In this document: piece by piece, positions 9,938-19,580 of the stretch
Numbering within the stretch: the first letter of the stretch is position 1
Layout of the letters: the number at the start of each line of letters is the position of its first letter
Virus record (IMG/VR): IMGVR_UViG_3300029911_000025
Span: 775 to 64,774 of that record
Length of the DNA: 64,000 bases
Direction: 5' to 3' (one strand)
Source of the DNA: a virus
Taxonomy: Duplodnaviria > Caudoviricetes
The notes under the pieces: model-generated
What the model saw: the letters and a program-made list of their open reading frames with translations, nothing else
Databases searched by the model: none
What the model was told of the DNA's origin: nothing
Position numbers and translations under genes: made by a program

Positions 9938-10294
9938 ATGAGCAATGCAGGCTGGATCGGCGTAGACCTAGACGGCACGCTGGCGTTCTATGTAGACTGG
10001 GTACACCACGCCAATATCGGTGAACCCATTAGGCCCATGGTGAACCGGGTGAAGAAGTGGATCGCCGACGGCTACAAAGTGAAGGTGTTCACCGCACGTA
10101 TGTCCGTTGAGGATGAGGCCATACGCTCTGAGATCGCCGCTGCCATTCGGTTGTGGACCACGCGAAATATCGGCAAGCCCTTGGAAGCCACGTGTATCAA
10201 GGACCTCAATATGATCGAACTATGGGATGACCGCGCCGTGGGCGTGTTCCACAATACCGGCGAGCCATCCGGGCCGAGCCCGTTAGGGCTATGA
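9938..10294 (+). CDS. HAD-superfamily phosphatase (nucleotidase/PNKP-phosphatase-like)
   Basis: VDLDGTL, FTAR, K and WDDRA motifs. Confidence 0.8.
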   Translation: MSNAGWIGVDLDGTLAFYVDWVHHANIGEPIRPMVNRVKKWIADGYKVKVFTARMSVEDEAIRSEIAAAIRLWTTRNIGKPLEATCIKDLNMIELWDDRAVGVFHNTGEPSGPSPLGL

Positions 10295-10554
10295 GCACAA
10301 AGAATTCACCGATACACAAGCTGAACGCGGAAGCTGGTGAAATTGCGCGCACGCTTAAGCGCGCCGAGCGCCGGGAACCCACACTAATCCCAGCAGCAAC
10401 GCGCGACAAACCTACGATTAAGGTTGGTATCGTGATGGACGACAAAGTGCTTTCGCCGGAAATCTCCTGGGAAACTATAGGTGGCATGACTCAGGACGAA
10501 CTTGCCCGATGGATCGTAGATGAGATGCGGGAGATAAAGCATGTCAGACATTAG
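10291..10554 (+). CDS. Hypothetical protein
   Basis: Coupled ORF. Confidence 0.55.
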   Translation: MSTKNSPIHKLNAEAGEIARTLKRAERREPTLIPAATRDKPTIKVGIVMDDKVLSPEISWETIGGMTQDELARWIVDEMREIKHVRH

Positions 10555-11101
10555 GCAAAAGCTGCTGGAGTATGGCATCGAGCTCATGCAAGAGTTCTGC
10601 ACCGCCAATGCGCTTGCCACGCCCCATGTAGCGGTCTACCCTGCGGAGCGGTGGAGGTTCAAGAGCGCCTGCGCGTACTACCGGCCCACCACCATTAGCA
10701 TTTGCCCCACGGAGTGCGCCCACGTCGGTCGTGCGGGCATGGCGTGGAGCTATCCTGGGTACGCGGTGGACCGCACGCCCTACGGTGTAGTTCAGCACGA
10801 ATTGGGTCACCACGTAGATTTTGTGCTGTCCGACAATAAATATTCCTATGGCGGCGACTTCAGCGAGAAGTTACGCGCAGCAACGGGCGAAAAAAGAATA
10901 ACAAGTTACTGTCCGAATGACCAAGAATGGTTTGCCGAAATATTCAGGCTCTTCGTTACTAACTCTGATTTACTGAAGCTTATCAGGCCCATTACTTACG
11001 CCGCACTGCGCAAAGTCTATAAGCCTGTGGTGGACGCCCCATGGCGCAAGGTGCTTAGGCACGCGCCCGAGCGCACGATAGAAATGGCGCCCCGCAAGTG
11101 A
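10541..11101 (+). CDS. Putative zinc metallopeptidase-like protein
   Basis: HELGH motif plus downstream EWFAE. Confidence 0.65.
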   Translation: MSDIRQKLLEYGIELMQEFCTANALATPHVAVYPAERWRFKSACAYYRPTTISICPTECAHVGRAGMAWSYPGYAVDRTPYGVVQHELGHHVDFVLSDNKYSYGGDFSEKLRAATGEKRITSYCPNDQEWFAEIFRLFVTNSDLLKLIRPITYAALRKVYKPVVDAPWRKVLRHAPERTIEMAPRK

Positions 11102-11769
11102 CACGAAAAAAGCGCTTGCCAACTCCCTCAGAAAGAGCCTACGATGTTCCATTCGTTGCAATCAACCACGTAAGGAGCGTTGTTGGCGGACGGGCTCTAT
11201 TGGTAGCTGTGCTTGAAGTTGGAGATGGCTTTCTCTGTATCGAGTGGCAGCTAGGGATATCCCAAGTAGTTCTATGCGCCGTGAAGAAGAGTCTCTTCGA
11301 GGCGCAGTTCTTCAGTAAGACTCAGGACGATTTGTCGGACGTCGTGGCCGACTTTAAGTCTAAGGCATACACCCACGGCGCCACACTGGAGGCTATCCAG
11401 CTTTTGAAAGAGCTCACAGAGCTCACAACCGAAGAGGAAGACGAAATGGCCAAGACACCGGCTGCGAAGGCTGCGGCGGCTACCAAGCTGTCCAAGGCAT
11501 CTGAACCCAAGGCCGCCAAGGCCGAAGGCGGAAAGGCCGGGCGCGCCCCGGCTGAGTTCGACTACAAGGTTGTGAAGGGCGCCAAGAACGATACCCGCGA
11601 GGGTACCTGGACCCATCACATGGCCGAGACGATTCTGGCGCACACGTCCACCGCCGAGGCACGCGCCGCCAACGCCAAGGCCAAGGGCGCCACGCCGAAG
11701 GGCCAACCCTTCAGCGAGAAGGCGATGGACTTCGCTTGGGCCAAGGAAAAGGGCCTGATCACCTACTAG
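11098..11769 (+). CDS. Lys/Ala-rich protein with conserved WT..M..H..T...DF.W domain (paralog 1); likely internal start at 11446
   Basis: RBS GAGGAAG before ATG 11446; C-terminal domain shared with the ORFs at 49390 and 50564. Confidence 0.75.
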   Translation: MTRKKRLPTPSERAYDVPFVAINHVRSVVGGRALLVAVLEVGDGFLCIEWQLGISQVVLCAVKKSLFEAQFFSKTQDDLSDVVADFKSKAYTHGATLEAIQLLKELTELTTEEEDEMAKTPAAKAAAATKLSKASEPKAAKAEGGKAGRAPAEFDYKVVKGAKNDTREGTWTHHMAETILAHTSTAEARAANAKAKGATPKGQPFSEKAMDFAWAKEKGLITY

Positions 11770-11790
11770 TCGGCGACGCCGGCGACGACG

Positions 11791-11819
11791 GACCCCGCGC
11801 CATAACGGCGCGGGGTTTT
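11791..11819 (+). terminator. Rho-independent terminator
   Basis: ACCCCGCGCC-ataac-GGCGCGGGGT followed by TTT. Confidence 0.75.
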
Positions 11820-11839
11820 CGATATGAGGCTAAGACATC

Positions 11840-12811
11840 ATGCGAATTTTAGTGCTTGGCGGCGGCGGCTTCATCGGCGGTCACTTGACGACGAAGTTAC
11901 ACCGAGAAGGCCACTACGTCGTTCCTGTCGATATTAAGAACGAACCGGATTATCCAAACGAATTCCATCGTTATATACGCGCAGATTTGCGAGACCCGTA
12001 CATAGTTAACAGTATCATGAAGAATATCGACAGAGAACCCTGGGACGAAATATACCAGCTCGCGGCCGATATGGGCGGGGCTGAGTACATCTTCTCTGGC
12101 GAGAACGACGCCAATGTGATGCACAACTCGGCGCTGATCAACCTTAACGTCGCGAAAGCCGTGGTGGCGTACGCACCCACAGCGAAGCTATTTTTCTCGT
12201 CGTCGGCGTGCGTGTACTGCGAAGATCCAGACAACCCGTTCTGCCACGAAGATAGCGCGTACCCCGCCGAGCCCGACTCCGCCTATGGGTGGGAGAAATT
12301 ATTCTCGGAAAATATGTACGCGGCGGCGCAACGAAACTATAAGCTTGATGTCAGGGTGGCGCGGTTCCATAATATCTTTGGCCCCAAGGGCACATGGCGC
12401 GGTGGCAAAGAAAAAGCGCCCGCCGCCATCATGCGGAAGATAGCCGAGGCCTCCGAGCACGATATCATCGACGTATTTGGCGCCGGAACCCAAACTCGCA
12501 GCTTCCTCCATATCGACGAATGTCTAGAAGGCGTCCTGCGTTTGATGCGCGCCGATAAGAGCTACCCGCCGACAAATATCGGCTCAGATGAAATGGTATC
12601 CATCAATACGCTTGTGTGGATGGTGGCGGGCATCGCGGGCAAGCAGATCAAAACGCGTCACGTGGATGGCCCGCTTGGGGTGAACGGGCGCTGTTCGGAT
12701 AACCGACTTATACAAGAGCGCTTGGGGTGGAGACCTAATGAGGCTCTTGAAGCTGGGCTCCGCAAAACTTACCCTTGGATCGAAGAACAGGTGAAATCAT
12801 GGAAGTCGTAG
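11840..12811 (+). CDS. NAD-dependent sugar epimerase, GDP-mannose 3,5-epimerase-like
   Basis: GGGGFIG, LAADMGG..YI, SSACVY, YGWEK and RFHNIFGP.GTW.GG.EKAPAA are hallmarks of GME-type SDRs. Confidence 0.9.
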   Translation: MRILVLGGGGFIGGHLTTKLHREGHYVVPVDIKNEPDYPNEFHRYIRADLRDPYIVNSIMKNIDREPWDEIYQLAADMGGAEYIFSGENDANVMHNSALINLNVAKAVVAYAPTAKLFFSSSACVYCEDPDNPFCHEDSAYPAEPDSAYGWEKLFSENMYAAAQRNYKLDVRVARFHNIFGPKGTWRGGKEKAPAAIMRKIAEASEHDIIDVFGAGTQTRSFLHIDECLEGVLRLMRADKSYPPTNIGSDEMVSINTLVWMVAGIAGKQIKTRHVDGPLGVNGRCSDNRLIQERLGWRPNEALEAGLRKTYPWIEEQVKSWKS

Positions 12812-13560
12812 TCCCAAGCATCGGTCGTGTCCACGATGTCCGCACAATCGAGAGCCTCGTACAGGCGGGCATAAGCCCCGTGGTGGTAACGTGGCCCGCG
12901 CAGGCCGCCGCCTACGTCCAGGCGTGTCCCAAGGAGGCGCGCGTGGTGCTCTGCAAGGTGCGGGGCATTGCCCTAACCCGCCAGTGGGTGCTCGAGAATG
13001 TGTCAGACGAAAAGATCGTCATGGTGGACGATGATCTTAGCTTCCACACGCGGCGGTTGGACGACCCCACCAAGTTCGTTCCTGCGACACCAAAAGATAT
13101 CAAGTTACTGTTCAAGATGTTCGACAAGCATCTGAACAAGTACGCTCACGTCTCCATGGTGGGGCGCCAAGGTGGGAACCGAATTCTGACTGACCAGGAG
13201 TGCGCCCGGCCTTGGCACGTGTTCGGGTTCAACGTTCCCCGTGTGCGCGCCGTAGGGGCGAAGTTCCACAAGGGCTTGCTCCAAGACGACTTCGACATGA
13301 CGCTCCAACTACTGAGGGCGGGCCTGCCAAACCGGATCATGAGTCAGTGGGCGGTTAATCAACACCATGGACATGGAGCTCCAGGCGGTGCGGCCACATA
13401 CAGAACGGTGGAGGAGCACAACGCCAGCGTTCTTCTCCTTGCTAAGCGCAACGCCCCCTTCGTGGCGGTGCGCGAAAAGGAATACGCCCGCAACGATCCT
13501 CTCGGCACCCGCCTAGAGACAACAATCGCTTGGAAGAAAGCTTATGCAAGTCATTCATAA
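12799..13560 (+). CDS. GT-A glycosyltransferase, TET/base-J-associated (TAGT/GREB1-like)
   Basis: VVPSIGR, GIALTRQW, MVDDDL, QDDFDMTLQLL..G and PGG...YR motifs. Confidence 0.8.
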   Translation: MEVVVPSIGRVHDVRTIESLVQAGISPVVVTWPAQAAAYVQACPKEARVVLCKVRGIALTRQWVLENVSDEKIVMVDDDLSFHTRRLDDPTKFVPATPKDIKLLFKMFDKHLNKYAHVSMVGRQGGNRILTDQECARPWHVFGFNVPRVRAVGAKFHKGLLQDDFDMTLQLLRAGLPNRIMSQWAVNQHHGHGAPGGAATYRTVEEHNASVLLLAKRNAPFVAVREKEYARNDPLGTRLETTIAWKKAYASHS

Positions 13561-13831
13561 ATACCCAGTACTCGCCAAGCCGGGCGAGTCCGCCGATATC
13601 GAGATACCTATTGGAGCTAAGATCGTGCATTGCGCGCTTCAGAACTCAGGGCCGGTGCTTTGGGTTCTGATCGGCCCCATTCGCAATATTACGAAGAAGC
13701 GAAAATTCGCCGTGGTCGGTACGGGGTGGGACTTACCTGATGACGCGGAGCACATCTTCACCTTTATGGTAGGCGAATTTGTGTGGCACGTAATCGAAAA
13801 GAAGACCGCTGACGCCGTAACGGTGGCCTAG
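13544..13831 (+). CDS. Conserved hypothetical phage protein
   Basis: IHKY...P.GA....Q...LW....GTG...G.FVWHV.E pattern, common in phages. Confidence 0.7.
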   Translation: MQVIHKYPVLAKPGESADIEIPIGAKIVHCALQNSGPVLWVLIGPIRNITKKRKFAVVGTGWDLPDDAEHIFTFMVGEFVWHVIEKKTADAVTVA

Positions 13832-14126
13832 CTATCACCCCTGTTTAAGTTTATAGTGGCCCCATGTGTACTTGTGGAAACCGCTGGCCTTGGCTCCATT
13901 GCGGAAACAATGTCTGCAACTTCACGGCGTTCACCATGGAGCGGCGAGAAATAGCTTACGCACGGAGGAAGAGACTTGGCACTTTTAACTCTCCATGACC
14001 CGTACGAATGGTTCGACCCCGAGCGGGGCCGCCAGGGTGTTCTGATACATTCGTCACAAATAGGTAGCCCCGTGGTGCGCCGTATGCGGGAACAATCAAA
14101 CTGGATAGAAACATGGGAGGCATTCG

Positions 14127-14957
14127 ATGCGCACAAAGGAACTCGTGAAGTTCATCAAGGAACGCGAATCTATAAGGCTGAAGAAGGAAGCGGGCAAACC
14201 CCGCCCGTGGACGAAGGACCCGATACTCGGCAACTATCGCTTCTGTAACGTACACCGCGAAGATGACCGGGTTACGCGAGAACTTAAGGCACTGGCCCCC
14301 ACAGAAGATGCGAACCTGTGGTTCTGGTGGGTCATGGCGCGGCTGTTCAACAAGCCGCGCACCATGGCGCTTTTGTCCAACATGCGGTACATGGGCAAGC
14401 TGACCCTCAACCATGAGCAGATGCGCAAGACTTTGAAGGAAGCCCGCGAACACGGCCCTATCTTCAACGGCGCGTACATTGTGTCCACGAACGGCGTTTC
14501 CATGGACAAAGTGGACTACATAATCGACCGCGTGTTGAAGCCGCTGTGGGCGGCGCGTAAAGATTTGCGACCGCTGCAAAACCAATATCTGTCCGGGTAC
14601 CACGCGGATTTAATGCAGTTTGATGGGCTCGGAAGTTTCATCGCCGCGCAAGTGGTGGCGGACCTTAAGTACGTGGAGCCGCTCCTAAGCGCGCCTGATT
14701 GGGGGACTTGGGCCGCGCCCGGCCCCGGTAGCAGGCGCGGGCTAAACCGCGTGTTTGACCGACCTGTAGACGCTCCGTGGCGCACTGACGAGTGGCTGGC
14801 GCACCTTACCCAGCTACGCGCGGCCCTGAGCATGCGCGACAGGCTCCATGCGCAAGACCTACAGAACTGTCTGTGTGAATTCGATAAGTACGAACGCGCG
14901 CGACTAGGTGAGGGGCGGCCGAAACAACTTTACAAGGAGTCCTCGCTATGCAGATAA
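14127..14957 (+). CDS. 5-hmdU DNA kinase, helical-domain family (aGPT-Pplase clade 1)
   Basis: ERESIR..KE.G.P.PWT.DPIL..YRFCNV.REDDR, GLGSFIAAQVVAD, GPGS.RGL and QNCLCEFDKY. Confidence 0.85.
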   Translation: MRTKELVKFIKERESIRLKKEAGKPRPWTKDPILGNYRFCNVHREDDRVTRELKALAPTEDANLWFWWVMARLFNKPRTMALLSNMRYMGKLTLNHEQMRKTLKEAREHGPIFNGAYIVSTNGVSMDKVDYIIDRVLKPLWAARKDLRPLQNQYLSGYHADLMQFDGLGSFIAAQVVADLKYVEPLLSAPDWGTWAAPGPGSRRGLNRVFDRPVDAPWRTDEWLAHLTQLRAALSMRDRLHAQDLQNCLCEFDKYERARLGEGRPKQLYKESSLCR

Positions 14958-15072
14958 TCGAAGCACTCGGTTTCATTGTGGCCGCGCTTATATTAGCCGC
15001 CACATTCTCCTATGGTGGTTTTGGCCGCGCTGTAGGAGATTCCCCCCGCTGGCCACAAAAGGAATACTGTCT

Positions 15073-15372
15073 ATGAGTAAACAACTGAATGTCGGCGCGA
15101 CTTCCACGGCGACTGTGTCCTACCAGGACCCGGCTGGCGCTACCGTGCCGGTCGTGGGCACGCCTACGTGGACCGTGGATAACTCCGCCGTCGCAACGGT
15201 GGTCCCGGCCGCGGGCGGCCTCAGCGCCGTGGTCACCGCCGTCGCCGTTGGCACGGCTACCGTGACCGTTACGGCCGAGGGCGATCCGACCCCCGGCGTC
15301 GACACGATCACTCTGACCGGCTCGGTCGTCGTGGTCGACGAAGCCAGCACCGGCACGCTGACTTTCTCCTAA
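15073..15372 (+). CDS. Single Ig-like (Big_2) domain protein
   Basis: RBS AAGGA; TWTVDNSAVATV...VTAVAVGTATVTVTA. Confidence 0.75.
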   Translation: MSKQLNVGATSTATVSYQDPAGATVPVVGTPTWTVDNSAVATVVPAAGGLSAVVTAVAVGTATVTVTAEGDPTPGVDTITLTGSVVVVDEASTGTLTFS

Positions 15373-15462
15373 GCCTCATGGGGTTCTGCCCGGACTGGGC
15401 GGACGCAAGCGCTGGTAGGGCGGCCCCAGACTAGGACATTTCGCACCACTGGGGAACAACGA

Positions 15463-16539
15463 ATGTATGTGATACGCGCGCGTAATGTGCAGCAAGCACT
15501 GCCAGAAGCCCTTCTGGCGCTAAGGGCACACGGCATCCGAGAATCATCACGGGTGGGAGATGTTCTTCGCTTTCCAAGCCCGGTGACTACCGTGCTGGAG
15601 AAACCCATGGAGCGAGTTATCTTTCACGCGTGGCGAGACGCCAATCCGTTCTTTCACATAGTAGAAGCTGCGTGGATGCTTGCTGGGCGCGATACCCTTA
15701 GCGACCTCACGCCGTATGTGAAGAACATGGAGAATTTCAGCGACGACGGCGGGGTTACTCAGCCCGGCGCTTACGGTAAGCGGTGGCGAGAGCATGAAGG
15801 GCCACGCTTCGTTGATCAGCAGATATGGCCTGATCAGCTTAACTGGACGGTCAAGCGTTTGCGCGAAAACCCAAACGACCGGCGTGTAGTCGTGCAGATG
15901 TGGGACCCCGGCGTTGATATCGAAGCCGCTGACAACAACGGCAAGGACGTTCCCTGTAATCTGACGATGATACCGTGGGCCATGGGCGGCAAGCTTCACC
16001 TGACCGTCTTCAATCGCAGCAACGATATTATCTGGGGATTGTACGGCGCCAACGCTGTTCATTTCAGCATGTGCTTGGAGTACTTGGCGGGCCGCGTGGG
16101 TTTGGCCGTGGGAACTATGACCACGGTGTCCAATAACTTTCACGCGTACGTGGACAAAATACCGCCGATGGCCGTTGTCGAATCAAGCCTGTTCCATGCC
16201 GGTGATCCGTATTCAAATGCCCCCGATCTTGTGGCGCCCACAAGCTTGTTCGCTGACTGGGGCTTTAAGGTCATGGACGACGCCTACGAGCGCGTGATGC
16301 GGGAAGACCTGGACCAGTTCTTTAATCACGGGCCAATGGCCACGATGAGTGATGCCCGGTGGCCGTGGCTGCGCCGGGCGCTAGCGCCCATGGCGCTTGC
16401 GCACCAACGCCACAAGGGGCCTCGCCTAGGGCGGCGCGCGGGAACCCTTAGCATACTAAGCAGCGTAGAAGCCTCGGACTGGCGCCGCGCCGCTACCGAA
16501 TGGGCAGAGCGTCGATACCGGGTGCCCCATGGGGGTTAG
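15463..16539 (+). CDS. Thymidylate synthase-family dUMP hydroxymethylase
   Basis: DANPFFH, GAYGKRWR, RRVVVQMWD, catalytic PCN, and RSNDIIWG.YGAN (Asn implies a uracil substrate); resembles YuA/M6-type enzymes. Confidence 0.85.
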   Translation: MYVIRARNVQQALPEALLALRAHGIRESSRVGDVLRFPSPVTTVLEKPMERVIFHAWRDANPFFHIVEAAWMLAGRDTLSDLTPYVKNMENFSDDGGVTQPGAYGKRWREHEGPRFVDQQIWPDQLNWTVKRLRENPNDRRVVVQMWDPGVDIEAADNNGKDVPCNLTMIPWAMGGKLHLTVFNRSNDIIWGLYGANAVHFSMCLEYLAGRVGLAVGTMTTVSNNFHAYVDKIPPMAVVESSLFHAGDPYSNAPDLVAPTSLFADWGFKVMDDAYERVMREDLDQFFNHGPMATMSDARWPWLRRALAPMALAHQRHKGPRLGRRAGTLSILSSVEASDWRRAATEWAERRYRVPHGG

Positions 16540-16685
16540 AGGCCGCCCCGGCGGCAAAGGTCCGACGATGTTCTGGACCGCTAAGGAGCGCGCTTTGGTG
16601 CGGGCCGCTCTAAATGACTTAGTACGAAAGATACCCCGCCACACGCAGCGGGCCATTATCAGCCTTATGTTAAGAATGGAGAGCG

Positions 16686-17075
16686 GTGAATTCGATGATT
16701 AAACAAGTCGGCGGCGAGCACTACGAGTACGGAGACCCAGATAACCAACACTGGGATTTAATGGACCGCTGGGACATTGAGTACCTCCCGGCCACGGCAA
16801 CCAAGTACATCGTTCGCTTTGACCGCAAGGGAACTCCCAAACTCGACCTTGAAAAGTCGATAAGTTATCTGGAGAAGCAGCTCCAGTGCCATCCGAACAA
16901 AGGTTGCCGCCGACTTGTGCCGCTGTCTGAAATGGAAATTTGGTATCAATCCAATGAAGTGAGCGGCGCAAAAATGGTACTGCTGGAACTTGTTCTCGTA
17001 GAAGGCGCGCCAAGGAACTTGCGCCAAGCAATCAAAATCTTGAAGGAGATTATCAGTGCAGAATATAACAGTTAA
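16686..17075 (+). CDS. DUF3310/SaV-like putative nucleotide kinase
   Basis: QVGGEHY...KY..R...KG....DLEK..SY motif. Confidence 0.75.
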   Translation: MNSMIKQVGGEHYEYGDPDNQHWDLMDRWDIEYLPATATKYIVRFDRKGTPKLDLEKSISYLEKQLQCHPNKGCRRLVPLSEMEIWYQSNEVSGAKMVLLELVLVEGAPRNLRQAIKILKEIISAEYNS

Positions 17076-17553
17076 GAGACTTCCCCATAATCTTGACCTC
17101 CCGCTGCCCGCGTTCCAAACAAAGGGTTCGGCAGGCATGGACCTTCCCGCCGCCGTGCAGGTCCCCGTGACTATCGAGCCCGGCGAACGTATGATGATTC
17201 CCACGGGGTTGGCCATGGCCATACCGCAAGGCTTCGTGGGCCTCATCTGTTCGCGCTCTGGTCTCGGTGCAAAGAACGGAGTGGTGGTGCTCATCGCGCC
17301 GGGCCTCATCGACTCCGACTACCGTGGCGAACTATTGGTCACGCTCTTTAATTCAAGCAAGCGCGAACCGTTCACGATTAACCGTGGCGACCGCATTGCT
17401 CAGCTCATGGTGACGCCGGTGTTCCAGCCGGAGTGGCGCGAAGTCGACGAACTTACCGAGACGGAGCGCGGCGCGGGCGGCTTCGGCTCTACAGACAAAA
17501 AAGGCCCCGACATTGCTGCCGGGGCCAGTTCAGGGACGAGGAAGAAAGTTTAG
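17056..17553 (+). CDS. dut: Trimeric dUTPase
   Basis: AGMDL, RSGL, GLIDSDYRGE, GDRIAQ and RGAGGFGST. Confidence 0.95.
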   Translation: MQNITVKRLPHNLDLPLPAFQTKGSAGMDLPAAVQVPVTIEPGERMMIPTGLAMAIPQGFVGLICSRSGLGAKNGVVVLIAPGLIDSDYRGELLVTLFNSSKREPFTINRGDRIAQLMVTPVFQPEWREVDELTETERGAGGFGSTDKKGPDIAAGASSGTRKKV

Positions 17554-17765
17554 CTGCCCGCTGCGTCTCGGGCCGCCACATCGGCGTCCAACTTGGCGAC
17601 ATCCGCATCGAGTTGGACGCCGGAATTGGCAAACGCCGTATCAAGCTGCGTTTGAGTTTCCGGCGAGAAAGACGCCTTGATCGTATTGTAGTCGTTGTAC
17701 AGCGCCGGAATGTCGGCGATGCCAGCGTTGATTGCGGCGAGGATCACGCCTGCAAGTGCTCCCAT
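17550..17765 (-). CDS. Small hypothetical protein at the end of the lysis region
   Basis: RBS GGAG; follows the membrane-protein gene. Confidence 0.6.
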   Translation of the reverse strand: MGALAGVILAAINAGIADIPALYNDYNTIKASFSPETQTQLDTAFANSGVQLDADVAKLDADVAARDAAGS

Positions 17766-17777
17766 TGTGTCGGTCTC

Positions 17778-18407
17778 CTACTTGGTTGCGGGAAGCGCGG
17801 CGGCGACCACGGGGCTCGTGGCGGCTAGCTGCGTAGGCACGGCCTGGAGATTGGCGAGCTGCGCCGCAGCGAGCACCAAGTTCCCGGCCTTGTAGTACGT
17901 TCGCGCTTGCTTGGCGTAGCCGTCGGCCGCATCGGCGATGGCCTTGATCTTGTCCGCCACCGCGAGGCTCACAGTTTTGGTAGTTACCAAGCCATCGGCG
18001 ATAAGCACGGCGGCGTCCGCTGCCACCTGCGCATCGGTGATCGATTTCTCCACTGTCTGCGACGTGGTAAGCGCCGCGCCGCTAAGGCTGGCACAGCCCA
18101 CCAATGGGCCACCCAAGCCCACGGCGCCCCCTACGATCAGCAGGGGAAGCAGGAAGGCCGCCAGCGGCGGCGTTTTGGCCACCACCACACTGCCCGTGGC
18201 CGCCGCCGTGGCGATGGCGCTTTTCACGTGCAGAAAATCCCACACGCCAAAACCGAACAGAACGAAAGTGGTGAGACCGGCGAACGCGGCGGCTGCGTCC
18301 GTACCGGCGATCTTGCCAGAGGTGACAATGGGAAGCATCACTGCCGCCCCCGCACCAATGGATTGCAGCGCCTTGATCGCAAGCGCCTTAACGTCGGATT
18401 CTGTCAT
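17778..18407 (-). CDS. Membrane/lipoprotein of the lysis cassette (spanin- or holin-like)
   Basis: Hydrophobic segments and an internal LVGC lipobox-like motif; lies downstream of the endolysin. Confidence 0.55.
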   Translation of the reverse strand: MTESDVKALAIKALQSIGAGAAVMLPIVTSGKIAGTDAAAAFAGLTTFVLFGFGVWDFLHVKSAIATAAATGSVVVAKTPPLAAFLLPLLIVGGAVGLGGPLVGCASLSGAALTTSQTVEKSITDAQVAADAAVLIADGLVTTKTVSLAVADKIKAIADAADGYAKQARTYYKAGNLVLAAAQLANLQAVPTQLAATSPVVAAALPATK

Positions 18408-18835
18408 GAATATTTCTCCCAAGGAAGTTGAAAATGACCCCAGTCGTGGAAGGTAGACACAACGCCCGGTGTCCACGCGCCCACTGCCGCGCCGCCCCAT
18501 TCTATTGGGACGTTGAGGATATCTGCGGCATGTTGTATTTGACTGGCGATTTGCTTGAACGCGCCGCCCTGTGCGTTGGCCACGGCCCAATCTAACTGAC
18601 CGCCTGTGCCGATCACGCAGACGTCCACGGCACACGCCAGCCCGTGTTCGCCCGCTTGTGGCAAGTGGCGGCTATGCAGCGTCTCGGAATGCCCAGAGGC
18701 TACCAGCGCCGCTTCGGCCGTTGCCGTGCGTATGCCGTAAACAACTTGGAACGCAACAGGAGTTTGGGCCGCTGATAGAACGACCTTGGCCAAATCCGGG
18801 TGAACGCGCGATAGAAGACCATGCGGGTCAACCAT
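18404..18835 (-). CDS. Endolysin, peptidase M15 family
   Basis: VHPDL, GIRT, SRHL, AVD, WGG.W and D..HFQL. Confidence 0.85.
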   Translation of the reverse strand: MVDPHGLLSRVHPDLAKVVLSAAQTPVAFQVVYGIRTATAEAALVASGHSETLHSRHLPQAGEHGLACAVDVCVIGTGGQLDWAVANAQGGAFKQIASQIQHAADILNVPIEWGGAAVGAWTPGVVSTFHDWGHFQLPWEKYS

Positions 18836-19190
18836 GGTGTAGTGGCTTTGGCCTGCATGATATAGCCCACGCGCGGTTGAGATGGCGCCACACATGCACC
18901 GGGCGGCGCTGTCCAAGCATGTTTACCAGCATGACGAAATTGTAGAACGCCATGATACCTGAGAAAGCAGCGAGCGGAACAGCGGCGTCCCCGGCGAATT
19001 TCACGCCGTGGTGGCCGTAGAACAACGCGGCCAAGCCGCCGAGCGCCACGGCGGCCAAAAACATAACGACCCGCACGGCGGGCGGCGCGCACGGCCACAT
19101 CGTGTTCACACCTGACAGAAGTATCTGGCGCGTGCCAAGACAAATTCCAGCGATACCAAGAAATATCGTTGTTATGAGGTTGATGGTCAT
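18828..19190 (-). CDS. Putative holin / 3-TM membrane protein
   Basis: Three hydrophobic helices; adjacent to the endolysin. Confidence 0.55.
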   Translation of the reverse strand: MTINLITTIFLGIAGICLGTRQILLSGVNTMWPCAPPAVRVVMFLAAVALGGLAALFYGHHGVKFAGDAAVPLAAFSGIMAFYNFVMLVNMLGQRRPVHVWRHLNRAWAISCRPKPLHHG

Positions 19191-19192
19191 AC

Positions 19193-19516
19193 TTAGTGCC
19201 TCGCTCTAATGTTTGTACCGCCCAAACGGCGGACTAACCCGGTTCCCATTAGATGAACAATGCTAGGAGCAACCGGGTTGCTTATCATACCAAGGACAAC
19301 GGCGATGGCTCGAAGGTCAGCAGGTTGAGACTGGCGCACAACATCTCCAATGAATTGCGTGAACCCAGCGGATCCAATAGCACCGATTGCAAGGGCGATG
19401 ATACATTCTGCTGTACCCGTAGTTCTACGTCCGCCTGCCCACGCTACCAGCAATCGCGGGGCGGCATACACGAAAGCCCCAAAGAACCCCCAGATCGCTA
19501 ATTCATAGACAAGCAC
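19193..19516 (-). CDS. Putative holin / membrane protein
   Basis: Hydrophobic helices and a basic tail; GTG start assumed. Confidence 0.55.
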   Translation of the reverse strand: MLVYELAIWGFFGAFVYAAPRLLVAWAGGRRTTGTAECIIALAIGAIGSAGFTQFIGDVVRQSQPADLRAIAVVLGMISNPVAPSIVHLMGTGLVRRLGGTNIRARH

Positions 19517-19580
19517 CTTGCCCCTCCTTTGCGCAGTGTGCGCTGTTAGCCCCTGCCAACCTGTTTGTAAACCACCGCGA

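Noticed and set aside
15373-15462. HDV-like ribozyme upstream of the hydroxymethylase
   Set aside because: GC hairpins are present, but a nested double pseudoknot could not be built by eye.
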